Position numbers and translations under genes: made by a program. From a virus, in IMG/VR virus record IMGVR_UViG_3300030339_000091: a stretch of DNA of 42,785 nucleotides. One strand, given 5' to 3'. The notes below the pieces were generated by a model. It did not search any database, was not told where the DNA came from, and worked only from the letters and a program-made list of their open reading frames with translations. Every line of letters begins with the position of its first letter. The first letter of the stretch is position 1. Below, piece by piece: positions 17,701 through 26,089 of the stretch.

Positions 17701-18825
17701 TTGGCGGCAGTTACAGCAGTCAATAAAGAAATTGAAGCCGCTGACAAGGATTTGACTGAAGCGCAAAAGAAAATTCTTCGTAAAAGTGCCGCTGATAAAA
17801 AGAAAATTGAAGATGAAATAAGGGATATTGAGAAAAAGTACGGTATTGGCACATATAAAGATAAACGCAAGGAATATGAAAAAGACTTAGCCGATTTAAA
17901 AGCGGCTCACTTAAAGGAACTTGCTGAAATTATCAAGCATGGCGGTAGTACCAAGGCAGCAATTGCACGATATGAATCCGATGTATCTAAAATCAAACTA
18001 TCAAAAGCAGCGCATACGGCTGAAGGGATAGCGCAGATTGCAAATCAGTTGGGTGATTTAACCAACAAATTGCAAGAAACAGCCGAATTAAAAGTTGACA
18101 ATAAATATGCAGCCGAACTAAAAGCCGCTCAGGGCAATGCCGATGCCACTACTGCAATTGAGGCAAAAAAAGAAGAGGAAAAAAAACAGATAAAGAAAAA
18201 ATATGCTGATATCGACTTTGCCATTACGGTTGCAAAAATAATAACTACCACGGCTTCGGCAATAATGAAAGACCTTGAAGAGTTCCCCGGTCCGGTTGGG
18301 GCTGCTTTAGCAATTGCCACTGGAGCAACCGGACTTGTTGAGCTTGGAGTGGCCAATGAACAACGTAACGCAGTACAGCAGCTTTGGACAGGTGGATTTA
18401 CTGAGCCAGGAGATAAATTTAAGCCGGTAGGAATTGTTCATGCCGGTGAATTTGTCGGGAATCAGGATTCAGTACGTCACACTCCAGTGAAGAAAGTTTA
18501 TGATTTGGTGAATTATGCTCAGAAAACTAACACAGTTGCGCGGATCACCAATGAAGATATTGCCAGGGTGGTTGGATTTCGCAAAGGTTTTTCAGATGGT
18601 GGATATACTTCAGCCATGCAAGTTGCCGGAAGCGTTGGTGGTTCTGGTATCAGTAAGGAAGAATTAGCCTGGGCAATTCAAATGGCCATGGAGGGGAATA
18701 ATGCTGTAAATTCAGCATTATTGGCTGAGTTGCAAAAAGGAATCGTGGCTAAATATAAGATTTCAGGCAGCGACGGTGTGGTAGAGGGGATTAAAAAGTA
18801 TACTAAAATGATTGAAAATTCATAA
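14722..18825 (+). CDS. Tail tape measure protein
   Basis: 1367 aa. It has coiled-coil and Ala-rich regions and internal TM segments. The C-terminal motif WTGGFTEPGDKFKPVGIVHAGEFVGNQ is typical of TMPs. Confidence 0.9.
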   Translation: MQPNESTTSTVLLNGEQPKQMLTALAQKAENLRWRLKEVNEAGDGKAFEKLTKELNQTNKQMKQLAKEAFDVKKVLDNLSGASMPDLTKAKKELDKQLNSPSVVRNSKEWKELQAQLRAVKTEMSSISNESKVTESAFSRLANFTNKTWQMFAAGAAALVGVVLGLKSAAMEAARMSDVYGMVRKYTGESAEGVAGLNEELKKMDSRTARDELNRLLGEAGKLGVKGKEDLLQFAKAADIIQVSLGEDLGADAVKNIGKLTYMFGVQDKMGMEKSLLAVGSAINQVGQNSTASEAYLLEFTNRLSGMGVAANMTIPQIIGFASVLDQNAQQVEMSSTAMNKFIATLATKSESVAKAIGLPAAKLKKAVGEDMNEALMMVFKQLNKKGGLVDLAPLFADLGAEGARAASVITILASKYKDLGTEQSLALKSFNEGTSVVKEFNIQNNTMQAKVDKSKKAFLDASETLGKSLSPAFLHSTNAAVYMVKALSQFPEWFKENKGLLTTLVVAIGTYAAILGVCKLESLALIAVEKTKILVQRISTAATLAQVAITGYLTGATRAANLATKEFFVTLGLNPFVALGAAIVLVTVGLYKLGTAKTAAEKAYKDYNAQVEMEITKSDQLFNALKKTTKGSDERKQLIDKINTVYGDYLGNQLSEKSNLDDINTAQEKVNRSLREKIGLQVKDSSKADIITKAMPEQVDTLEKLTNSISATEGDAVAEIITRRIQDILQKGGYTDKSITTAQNYLKNKLGKNFTAGMEFYPAMLAKSIKSMNDDLSDVDKKFDRIIGKTTAPAGGGNKGPKEGDISADGLQVFKNGKWVNINHGGGGGDLKTIQQTKLDAVDKWLAKEQIKLKKRHESNLDSEEVYAKGIIDLTENALVKKRDIYKKSDKEYLDYQNQIEDIKLKRQDSAEKLSFEAMKALNDKRLNAIVLYDNAQREEIENDFETGVIDQDEHDNKILALDKVLAESRLYVAQEHSRDIAAFQFKSDEERLAAVTAVNKEIEAADKDLTEAQKKILRKSAADKKKIEDEIRDIEKKYGIGTYKDKRKEYEKDLADLKAAHLKELAEIIKHGGSTKAAIARYESDVSKIKLSKAAHTAEGIAQIANQLGDLTNKLQETAELKVDNKYAAELKAAQGNADATTAIEAKKEEEKKQIKKKYADIDFAITVAKIITTTASAIMKDLEEFPGPVGAALAIATGATGLVELGVANEQRNAVQQLWTGGFTEPGDKFKPVGIVHAGEFVGNQDSVRHTPVKKVYDLVNYAQKTNTVARITNEDIARVVGFRKGFSDGGYTSAMQVAGSVGGSGISKEELAWAIQMAMEGNNAVNSALLAELQKGIVAKYKISGSDGVVEGIKKYTKMIENS

Positions 18826-18827
18826 TT

Positions 18828-20624
18828 ATGATAGAGTTCTACGTAAATAACAAGGAAGTACTTCTTCCTGAAGATTTTTCATTTGAGTTGAATGATGAAA
18901 ATCCGGAGATAACAAGCAAGGGTGAATTTTCGTTAGATATGACCGTTTCATTGCTAGAGCCTCAGAATGTAATTGTTTTTGAATTTTTAAACCGACTAAA
19001 TAAATCAACGACTTTAAAAACAGCCGATGCCTTATTGCGTAGAAATGGAGTATCACATTTAGGCACAATAATCGACATTGTAAATACGGATGTAGATGTT
19101 ACATTTCAATATGTTGCCGGAAATTCAGAACTTAAATATAATGTGAAAGCAGACAACCGGAAGATTTGGGAACTGACCGGATGGGGAACTGAATCAACAG
19201 TCAATTACGCCAGGGTTTTAGACAGCATTACAAATCCTAGTTGGACAAAGAATTTTGTTGCTGCACCTTTAATTATTGGCGGTCAGGTTTACAATAATTA
19301 TACTCTCAATGAGGGTGCATTAAATGTGCCTTCGACCATTACAGGTATTTCCAATTTTATAATGCAACCGTATTTATTGTATTATATCAATAAATTTCCT
19401 GAACTGCTAGGTTACAGACTTGTAAGTAATGTTTTGAATACAAATTTGCGTGCCCAAAAAATGTGGATGCTGAATTCTGCAGATTCGTTGAATTATGCCG
19501 ATGCGCTCCCAGATTGGACAATTGCCGAATTTGTTGATAATATAGAAGGCTTTTTTAATGTGTCATTTTTGGTTGATCCACTAAATAAAACGATCTCGAT
19601 TGAAAGTTTGGCATCCAGCATGGCCAAAAAGAAAACAGTAACGATCTCTAAAGTTTTAGATGCTTACGAAAGAAACTTACCGAATACGTCGAGACCGTTA
19701 CGGTTTGATTTTACCCGGGTAATTTATAAGGTTGGAGATTCAACTTACTTCAGGTACCAGCAGTTGAGCGATTCTGTATTGGAAAAGTGCACAATTATTG
19801 AATATGCTAATTTAACCGCAATGCAGAACGCATTGTGGGATACAGGTAATCTAAATGCGCTTATTATTCACAGAGATTTGGCAACCGGGAATGATTATTT
19901 TTACGGCGCTCCGAACATCAACTTGTACCGTGTAAATTGTGGTAGTTTTAATTATTTGAATTTGATAAATAAATTCAGTACAAACGGAACAAAAGAGAAG
20001 ATTTTGGAATTAAGCATCGTGCCGGCAGAGATGAATATTAAAACTCGAGACGTTGTTTGGTACAACGTCTCTGGACAGGAGATACATTTCCCTTGGCTTC
20101 ATTACCAACTTCCAAAATGCAGTAATTCTTATTATATAGGAAGCGAGCAGGGTTTTGTTGATACGGTGGAAAAATCGATTAAAACGGTACAGAGACAGAG
20201 TATTATGGAAGTTGCATTATTTACCGGTAAATTGCTATTGTACACGCAAACAGATGTAATTCAGAATGTACCTCAAATAATGTATCCATTCTCGCACCTT
20301 GATTATTATCCCGAATTTGGCGAACCGCTAGATTTGGGCGATCGGTATGCAATTTTTGAAGCATGGAAAAATACGCACTTCTCTCCGCTTGCGACTACCA
20401 CATTGCGGTTAATTGGTCCCGGTGGAGTTGTTACCGAATATCATCAGGAGTCGATACTTGATACCGATAACGAATATGTGTTTAAGGCTATTGATAACCC
20501 TGATATAAAGGCTAATAACTTATTTATTTACAACAACAAAAAGTACATGCCTATATCGTTTAATCGACAGGTATCGAATAAGCAAACAACGGTACTGGGA
20601 AAATTTTATCGGATGTTGGATTAA
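18828..20624 (+). CDS. Distal tail / baseplate-type protein (598 aa)
   Basis: Starts 3 nt after the TMP stop. Called by position only. Confidence 0.45.
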   Translation: MIEFYVNNKEVLLPEDFSFELNDENPEITSKGEFSLDMTVSLLEPQNVIVFEFLNRLNKSTTLKTADALLRRNGVSHLGTIIDIVNTDVDVTFQYVAGNSELKYNVKADNRKIWELTGWGTESTVNYARVLDSITNPSWTKNFVAAPLIIGGQVYNNYTLNEGALNVPSTITGISNFIMQPYLLYYINKFPELLGYRLVSNVLNTNLRAQKMWMLNSADSLNYADALPDWTIAEFVDNIEGFFNVSFLVDPLNKTISIESLASSMAKKKTVTISKVLDAYERNLPNTSRPLRFDFTRVIYKVGDSTYFRYQQLSDSVLEKCTIIEYANLTAMQNALWDTGNLNALIIHRDLATGNDYFYGAPNINLYRVNCGSFNYLNLINKFSTNGTKEKILELSIVPAEMNIKTRDVVWYNVSGQEIHFPWLHYQLPKCSNSYYIGSEQGFVDTVEKSIKTVQRQSIMEVALFTGKLLLYTQTDVIQNVPQIMYPFSHLDYYPEFGEPLDLGDRYAIFEAWKNTHFSPLATTTLRLIGPGGVVTEYHQESILDTDNEYVFKAIDNPDIKANNLFIYNNKKYMPISFNRQVSNKQTTVLGKFYRMLD

Positions 20625-21781
20625 TCTGTAATTTGTTTTACCACAGTATTTATAAGTTCCTGCGATGGCTTTCGAACATACCTTCTCAGCATTCTATCAG
20701 ATTTGTGATCGGTAAGTTTCCGAATTACAGATTCCGGAATCGATTTATTTTCTAAGGCAGTTATACCAGTATCGCGATACGAGTATAGCTGCTGATTTTT
20801 TTCTAACTCCATTTTGTCGCGAAGTTTATCCCAAATCTTATCAAGTTTTCGAGTATTCCACTTAAATAACCCGGGTTCCAAAACGGTAGATATAAGGTAA
20901 TATTTCATCGGGTATCTGTCGAATTCGTATAAAGTCGCCATTTTTACACAAAGCCATTCCGGAAGATAAGCAAATCGGAAATTATCGGTTTTCGATTTCC
21001 CTGCAGGGATTTTTATCACCTGGTTGAATAAATCAATATCGCAAATTTGAATTCGGCAAATTTCTGCCGGCCGAATGAAAGCAGCTCTCACCAAATCCAC
21101 TACTATCTCAAATCGTGGATTATTTTCCCTACACCAAAGAACCACTTTATCGTGGGTATTTAATTCAACCACCTGCCGGAACTTTTCCTCTTCCTTTTTC
21201 TTATCAAAATTCAAAAATACATTTTCTTTGCAATATTTCTTCTTAATTAGCCAGTACCAAAGGCTTCGATAAAAAACAAAATGATTATTATACGACCGAG
21301 AACCGCACTTCGGGTCAAGTTCAATCATGTCCATAAATTCATCGGCCAAGTCCTCATTAAATTGAATGGCAAAAATATTTTCAAGTTTCTTTTGAGTTAG
21401 CCAGTCAACCAGTTTTTTGCAGTAAGACTTGTAAGATCGGAATCCGTCTTCACTCATTTCCTTTTCCTTGATTATTTTAAATGTTTCAATAGCAGCTGTC
21501 AATTTTTCGTAGGCTTTTGTCACGTCAGCCCCGATGAATGGATTCTTTCCGGCAGCAAGATTGATATTGATGTCATTCGCTAATTTTCGAGTATAACGAT
21601 CGAGCGCAGTTTTACTCATCTTCTTTCGAAGATGATTCAACCGCATTTTTTTAGGCTTCAACGCATTGTATGCCGGGTGAAAAGCGTAGTAGATAATATA
21701 TAGTTCAGTTTCGTTGACAATTCTAGCCGGAATGTATTGAACTTGAAAATCGCTGTCGATTAATGTAGGTAAGTTGGTCAT
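20621..21781 (-). CDS. int: Tyrosine recombinase (phage integrase, Bacteroidota type with N-terminal arm-binding domain)
   Basis: Catalytic signature IRPAEICRIQ...DID, then LTDHKSDRMLRRYV (R...H..R...Y). The ATG at 21781 (MTNLPTLID) is preferred over 21844. Confidence 0.9.
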   Translation of the reverse strand: MTNLPTLIDSDFQVQYIPARIVNETELYIIYYAFHPAYNALKPKKMRLNHLRKKMSKTALDRYTRKLANDININLAAGKNPFIGADVTKAYEKLTAAIETFKIIKEKEMSEDGFRSYKSYCKKLVDWLTQKKLENIFAIQFNEDLADEFMDMIELDPKCGSRSYNNHFVFYRSLWYWLIKKKYCKENVFLNFDKKKEEEKFRQVVELNTHDKVVLWCRENNPRFEIVVDLVRAAFIRPAEICRIQICDIDLFNQVIKIPAGKSKTDNFRFAYLPEWLCVKMATLYEFDRYPMKYYLISTVLEPGLFKWNTRKLDKIWDKLRDKMELEKNQQLYSYRDTGITALENKSIPESVIRKLTDHKSDRMLRRYVRKPSQELINTVVKQITD

Positions 21782-21870
21782 ATTTTTAATTTTAATTAAC
21801 GTGTTGTTATTCAGCGTTTTATTAAAAATACGACCACTTTTCAAAGTGGTGGAGCGCTTTTGGCGCAGTA

Positions 21871-21912
21871 CTAAAACAAAAAACGCTGTATATTTTTGAT
21901 ATACAACGTTTT
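21871..21912 (-). terminator. Hairpin plus T-run read on the minus strand, between the repressor and int
   Basis: aaaacgttgtatat / atatacagcgtttt (13 of 14 bp) followed by ttgtttt on the minus strand. Confidence 0.45.
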
Positions 21913-21923
21913 AAATACTATTT

Positions 21924-21939
21924 TGCGGAGAGAGAGGGA
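21924..21939. other. Candidate attP core resembling the 3' end of a tRNA (minus strand TCCCTCTCTCTCCGCA)
   Basis: The minus strand reads CCCTC-TCTCTCC-G-CA. That fits a T-stem 3' half, then an acceptor 3' half, then a discriminator. It lies in the only intergenic space adjacent to int. Confidence 0.3.
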
Positions 21940-22132
21940 CAATCCGCCCAATTCTTCATACGTCATATATCCTTTAATTTATTGATACTCAAATCCTATC
22001 GAATATCTATTTTAGTTGCAATAACTAATCAGTGGCGCAATGTTAGCGCAATTTTCTAAGCTGACATTGCACTTATAAATCCTAATACAAAAAGGTTTAG
22101 CGAACATTTTTTACTGAATACAATTCTCATTA

Positions 22133-22582
22133 CTATCCGGCGAGTGCATCCTTCGCGGGTGCATTGGCGTTTTTTACACGTTCAAGCTCGATCTCAAGCG
22201 AGTGTGCTTTTTCCATCCATTCAACTTTTTCTTTCAGCAGTCCGGCTATCTCTACTTGCTGCTCATACATTATCTTTTTTAGCTCCTCTTTTTCTTCAGG
22301 GGGAGCATAAATAGTTAGTGGAGTAGCTACCACATTCGAATGCTTTGTCGGTTCGCTGTTTCCCTTTTTAGGGTATATAAACAACTCATTCGGTTCAATG
22401 CCGAAGAATATGCAAATCTTCATCAAGTTCTCTGCTGTGGGGTTAACCCCATACAAAGTACTCCTCGAAACGCCAATCTTGGCAGCAACGCTGTCTTGTG
22501 TTTCGCCTTTGTTTAATTTCACATACTGTGAAACTAAATGATTGACTTTGTTTCTGTTATACTCAATATTATTTACATTCAT
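22133..22582 (-). CDS. cI-like repressor (XRE-family HTH with coiled-coil C-terminus)
   Basis: HTH QDSVAAKIGVSRSTLYGVNPTAENLMKICIFFGIEPNELF. It is divergent from the cro-like gene. The ATG at 22582 was verified by hand. Confidence 0.8.
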   Translation of the reverse strand: MNVNNIEYNRNKVNHLVSQYVKLNKGETQDSVAAKIGVSRSTLYGVNPTAENLMKICIFFGIEPNELFIYPKKGNSEPTKHSNVVATPLTIYAPPEEKEELKKIMYEQQVEIAGLLKEKVEWMEKAHSLEIELERVKNANAPAKDALAG

Positions 22583-22611
22583 TATAAATTGTGTGTTTTG
22601 ACATAAAAATA

Positions 22612-22631
22612 TTGTGTTATATAATACACAA
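22612..22631. promoter_or_regulatory. Palindromic operator candidate TTGTGT-N8-ACACAA
   Basis: The arms are perfect 6-bp inverted repeats. Related half-sites TTGTGTG (22589..22595) and ATGTGTT (22632..22638) flank it. Confidence 0.45.
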
Positions 22632-22646
22632 ATGTGTTTTTTATCA

Positions 22647-22654
22647 TACTTTTG
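22647..22654 (+). promoter_or_regulatory. Rightward -7 promoter box TActTTTG
   Basis: Matches TAnnTTTG, about 40 nt upstream of the cro-like ATG. Confidence 0.4.
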
Positions 22655-22662
22655 CACAACTA

Positions 22663-22683
22663 AATTAGTTATAATAACTAATT
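22663..22683. promoter_or_regulatory. Perfect 21-bp palindrome AATTAGTTAT-A-ATAACTAATT (operator candidate)
   Basis: Read directly. It lies between the rightward -7 box and the cro-like start codon. Confidence 0.5.
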
Positions 22684-22694
22684 ATAAAAAGCAA

Positions 22695-22922
22695 ATGACT
22701 AAAAAAAAGCGAATAATAAGGTTTATTACTTACTACAGGATGCTAAGGGTTAAACCTCGTGGCGAACTTAGGAAGCTTATATCTGATACCTGTGAATATA
22801 AAGGAGGTACATTCGATTATAAGATGAATAACCAGAATTATTCTGAGTTGGAAATTAACGCCATTGAAAAAGTAATAGAAGACTACAAAAACAAAGAAGA
22901 TGGAAAAATTAAAGTGCTTTGA
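22695..22922 (+). CDS. Cro-like small basic protein (75 aa)
   Basis: First rightward gene, opposite the repressor. The ATG at 22695 is preferred over the track start at 22614. Confidence 0.45.
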   Translation: MTKKKRIIRFITYYRMLRVKPRGELRKLISDTCEYKGGTFDYKMNNQNYSELEINAIEKVIEDYKNKEDGKIKVL

Positions 22923-23457
22923 ATTTAATGTTCGCCCTGGTGTTCAAATTGAAGTTAGACATTACGATGAGCCAATTTATATACTTACCGAAAGTCACAG
23001 AGATTTAATTTCACCTCTTTACTGCGAAATCAGGGAGCGTTATCCCGAGGCTTACTCGGAATTATGCCCACGATATAAAGATTCTCTACAAAATACCTGG
23101 TTCTTTGAATTTCGTGTAGTATGTGGATTTATAAAGTGTAACTGGGCTACTTTCGATGGACATTGGGATATTGATGAAAATGGTGATTGGCATTTCGAAT
23201 TTCATATTTGCCCAATTTCCGGAGAATGTCGATCGGAAAATAAAATTTGTAATCCAAAAGAAAAACTACCACTTAGCGAAGCGGAACTGAAGGTTATAAA
23301 ATTAATAGCAATTGGCAAAAAAGTAATTGAAATTGGCGATCGGCTTTTTATTTCGCCAAAAACGGTTGAAACCCATGTTTACAATATAAATAAAAAACTG
23401 GGTACCGACAGTAATGCACAGCTGAGCGATTACGCTCACCGGAAAAAACTAATATAA
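22900..23457 (+). CDS. LuxR/GerE-type HTH regulator with a Cys/His-rich N-terminal domain
   Basis: C-terminus LSEAELKVIKLIAIGKKVIEIGDRLFISPKTVETHVYNINKKLG. The N-terminal domain contains several Cys and His residues. Confidence 0.8.
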   Translation: MEKLKCFEFNVRPGVQIEVRHYDEPIYILTESHRDLISPLYCEIRERYPEAYSELCPRYKDSLQNTWFFEFRVVCGFIKCNWATFDGHWDIDENGDWHFEFHICPISGECRSENKICNPKEKLPLSEAELKVIKLIAIGKKVIEIGDRLFISPKTVETHVYNINKKLGTDSNAQLSDYAHRKKLI

Positions 23458-23674
23458 TAAGGCTTCCCGAAGCGTCAGGAAGTATCGAATACAACATTTT
23501 AAATACAATCTCTCCAAAAAACTCACAAAAAGGAGTGAAATAAGACAATAAACGCCAATTATATTTTTTGATAGTGAAACTTTTAGTGATGGTAGCCGGA
23601 AGTCTTACGGCGGGTAAAATCCCACTCCTTTTTTAAATTATCAACTTAACAATTAATTTTTAAAGCAAAATTTT

Positions 23675-23899
23675 ATGGCAAAGCAAAAAAAACCCTCTCA
23701 AAGAGAGTTAGAAGATCAGGTAAACTACTTTAATGGTAGATACCCAGTAGGTTCAAAATTGAAACTGAAAAAGGACTTTGGAGGAATAATCGACGTTACA
23801 GTTAGTAATGTGGCGACTATACTCAGTGGACACAGTGCCGTTGGTTGGTTCGAGGAAATTTCTGGTTGTTATTCATTAGATTCAATTATAGAAGAATAA
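23675..23899 (+). CDS. Hypothetical early protein (74 aa)
   Basis: ATG ORF preceded by the conserved 25-nt box at 23648..23670. Confidence 0.55.
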   Translation: MAKQKKPSQRELEDQVNYFNGRYPVGSKLKLKKDFGGIIDVTVSNVATILSGHSAVGWFEEISGCYSLDSIIEE

Positions 23900-23901
23900 T
23901 C

Positions 23902-24117
23902 ATGGCAAAATTTAGGATTACGACAAACCAGGAGGTTGCCTCTAAAATTGAAATGTTTTTCAATTCATCACTTTCTGAAGGAAGAAGTATTGTTTTGGAT
24001 CACATCAATAATCAAGAAAAATATTGTGATGTAATTATCGCTTCTGTAAAAGAAGATGAAAAGATTAATCCGGTAGATATATTTTGGATGGGATATTATT
24101 CAAATTGCCTTAAATGA
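23902..24117 (+). CDS. Hypothetical early protein (71 aa)
   Basis: The ATG at 23902 lies 3 nt after the upstream stop. Confidence 0.5.
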   Translation: MAKFRITTNQEVASKIEMFFNSSLSEGRSIVLDHINNQEKYCDVIIASVKEDEKINPVDIFWMGYYSNCLK

Positions 24118-24125
24118 AATAAGCC

Positions 24126-24380
24126 ATGGCAGAAAATGAAACCCCACAGCCAATTACCCGTGAAGAATTTGAAGCTGGAGTAAAATTCTATATTGATGAA
24201 GATAGAGATAATTTTAGAGCTACAATACGAGCTAATGATCGTATTATTTTAAATCAACATGGCTCATACTATTGCCTATTAAATAGTGTAGATGAATATG
24301 GATTTACAGTGTCAATAAATATTTTTGGCACTATGCAACAAATGATTATCCTATTTAGAAACTGTAAAAAACTAAAATAA
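24126..24380 (+). CDS. Hypothetical early protein (84 aa)
   Basis: Tightly packed ATG ORF. Confidence 0.5.
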   Translation: MAENETPQPITREEFEAGVKFYIDEDRDNFRATIRANDRIILNQHGSYYCLLNSVDEYGFTVSINIFGTMQQMIILFRNCKKLK

Positions 24381-24382
24381 CC

Positions 24383-24604
24383 ATGTCAAAATACACAACT
24401 AATCAATTTGAAACCGCTCTACTTGCTAAAAAAGTACAAATAGAGGAATTTAAAACCCCTGATCGATTCGTGCGGGAAGCCATAGGCTATATAGGCCGCA
24501 AACGAATGATATGGAACGAAAAAGGCGAATGCTTCCACAATCAAAAAAGAATTCCTGAAAATGATTTAAAACTAACTAATACAGAGTCAAATGAAAAGAA
24601 TTAA
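24383..24604 (+). CDS. Hypothetical early protein (73 aa)
   Basis: Tightly packed ATG ORF. Confidence 0.5.
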   Translation: MSKYTTNQFETALLAKKVQIEEFKTPDRFVREAIGYIGRKRMIWNEKGECFHNQKRIPENDLKLTNTESNEKN

Positions 24605-25103
24605 ACGATTTACCGGATTTTCCCCAAAATTCGAAGAAAACAAAACCGATCTTATTTTCAACAAAGTAGGATTAACCCAAGTAAACAAGTTCCCTGATGC
24701 GTGGGAACTCAATCAATCAGGTACCCGATTGATCAATAAAAAGGATGCCAATCAGCAAATAATACTTGCAAGCATTCAAAATCATAAAGTGGGCGAAACC
24801 GCCAACTGGGGCGATAAATGCGATGTGCTAATTTCCGAAGTAAAACTGATCCGATTAGCCGACATTACCGACGAACTGGCCGTAAGAACCGGAATTGAAC
24901 AACAAAGCCCTGGCGTGTGGAAACATTATTCGCCCGAAAAGTTCTTTCCTAAAAAAGTACTGAAGACACAAGACCCGGGCTTTCCAAATTTCAACACGGC
25001 AACCGGTAGCTTTCACTCACTATGGTGCAAAGAGTATGAGATACTTGAAATTTACGCCAACCCTTGGATTTGGCAATTTACGTGTAAAGCTATAAAGCCA
25101 TGA
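24591..25103 (+). CDS. Hypothetical early protein (170 aa)
   Basis: ATG ORF overlapping both neighbours. Confidence 0.55.
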   Translation: MKRIKRFTGFSPKFEENKTDLIFNKVGLTQVNKFPDAWELNQSGTRLINKKDANQQIILASIQNHKVGETANWGDKCDVLISEVKLIRLADITDELAVRTGIEQQSPGVWKHYSPEKFFPKKVLKTQDPGFPNFNTATGSFHSLWCKEYEILEIYANPWIWQFTCKAIKP

Positions 25104-25327
25104 TAGCGTATAGGATTGAACAGGAAAGTACAAAAACGAAGCTTATTACTTCCGATATTCTGGACGTATTTAACGCAATAGAAAAAGTGACAGACGGCAC
25201 ACCGGTACTTATAACCACTAAAGAGCTTTCAGTTACTGAATATGAAAATGAGGTGAAATTATTGGCAGTATTGAATATCTCAATGAAAACAATTCCAAAT
25301 GGACCCAAAGAACCTAGTAAAAGGTAA
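25100..25327 (+). CDS. Hypothetical early protein (75 aa)
   Basis: ATGA overlap with the upstream gene. Confidence 0.5.
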   Translation: MIAYRIEQESTKTKLITSDILDVFNAIEKVTDGTPVLITTKELSVTEYENEVKLLAVLNISMKTIPNGPKEPSKR

Positions 25328-25484
25328 AACGTATCTTTTCAAGAATAATCAAATAACCATGGAAGTGATCTATCTGTATGAAACCTTGAATTGTAGAGCT
25401 TTTAGCAGTGAAAATCAACCCGTGATGAATATTCCTGAAGCGGCAGCAACTGTATATATAACTGAATTAGTTGAACCTAATTAA
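25299..25484 (+). CDS. Hypothetical early protein (61 aa)
   Basis: ATG ORF overlapping the upstream gene by 29 nt. Confidence 0.4.
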   Translation: MDPKNLVKGKTYLFKNNQITMEVIYLYETLNCRAFSSENQPVMNIPEAAATVYITELVEPN

Positions 25485-25497
25485 TAAATTCTAAAGT

Positions 25498-25596
25498 ATG
25501 AAAACAATCAAATATATTTTCGTTGAAAATCCGATGGTCGGCATTTTACTTCTGACACTTTTATTTTGGTCATTAATCTCAATTTTTTTATTATGA
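25498..25596 (+). CDS. Small TM ORF of 32 aa (MKTIKYIFVENPMVGILLLTLLFWSLISIFLL), not in the ORF track
   Basis: Hand-translated. Its stop overlaps the next ATG (tTATGA), suggesting translational coupling. Confidence 0.3.
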   Translation: MKTIKYIFVENPMVGILLLTLLFWSLISIFLL

Positions 25597-26063
25597 TAAA
25601 AGTAGCATGGGACAAAGTATGGAAGCATCTCGACAAAACAGAAGCTGCCCTGAATGACTTCCTTGCCAATGGCGGATTATCAAGCATTGCACTCACAAAA
25701 TCGAAAGCATTCATTAAAGAATGGAATGCTTATAAAAAGCAAGTAGATGAGTTCGATAATTTCATTACACCTGTAGAACCTATCGACGTGAAATCACCAT
25801 TTAAAACTGAAGCGGTGGTGGAAATGTGGAAACGGTGGAAAAACTACGTTGCCGAGCAGCATGGACAAATTATTGGCTCAAATTCGGAACAATCGGCACT
25901 GGAACTATTGCACGACTACGCCAAGGGCGACGAAGAAAAAGCAGTGAAAATACTGCGATACGCCATGAGCTGCCGTTACAAAAATTTCTTTGCCATTGAG
26001 GAAAAGGACATGAAACAACCGGCTAAAGGTGAATTGGGAGTAGGAGTTGGTACCGACTTTTAA
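25593..26063 (+). CDS. Hypothetical protein (156 aa)
   Basis: The ATG at 25593 (MIKVAWDKVW) is preferred over the TTG at 25566. Confidence 0.55.
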   Translation: MIKVAWDKVWKHLDKTEAALNDFLANGGLSSIALTKSKAFIKEWNAYKKQVDEFDNFITPVEPIDVKSPFKTEAVVEMWKRWKNYVAEQHGQIIGSNSEQSALELLHDYAKGDEEKAVKILRYAMSCRYKNFFAIEEKDMKQPAKGELGVGVGTDF

Positions 26064-26089
26064 ATGTATAACCTAATTATTTCAATAAT

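Noticed and set aside
14889-18356. Multiple minus-strand ORFs (61-190 aa) inside the tape measure gene
   Set aside because: These are antisense shadows of an Ala/Lys/Glu-rich coding region. They have no start context and lie entirely within a well-supported 1367-aa gene.
20621-21781. The phage integrase as an integron integrase (IntI)
   Set aside because: The sequence has the Bacteroidota phage-integrase layout (N-terminal arm-binding domain, YSYRDTGIT / HKSDRMLRRY). I see none of the IntI hallmark boxes (e.g. ALEFLY, HTLRHSFATHLL-type) and no extra IntI-specific insertion. It also lies 7 kb from the array. This needs an HMM check.
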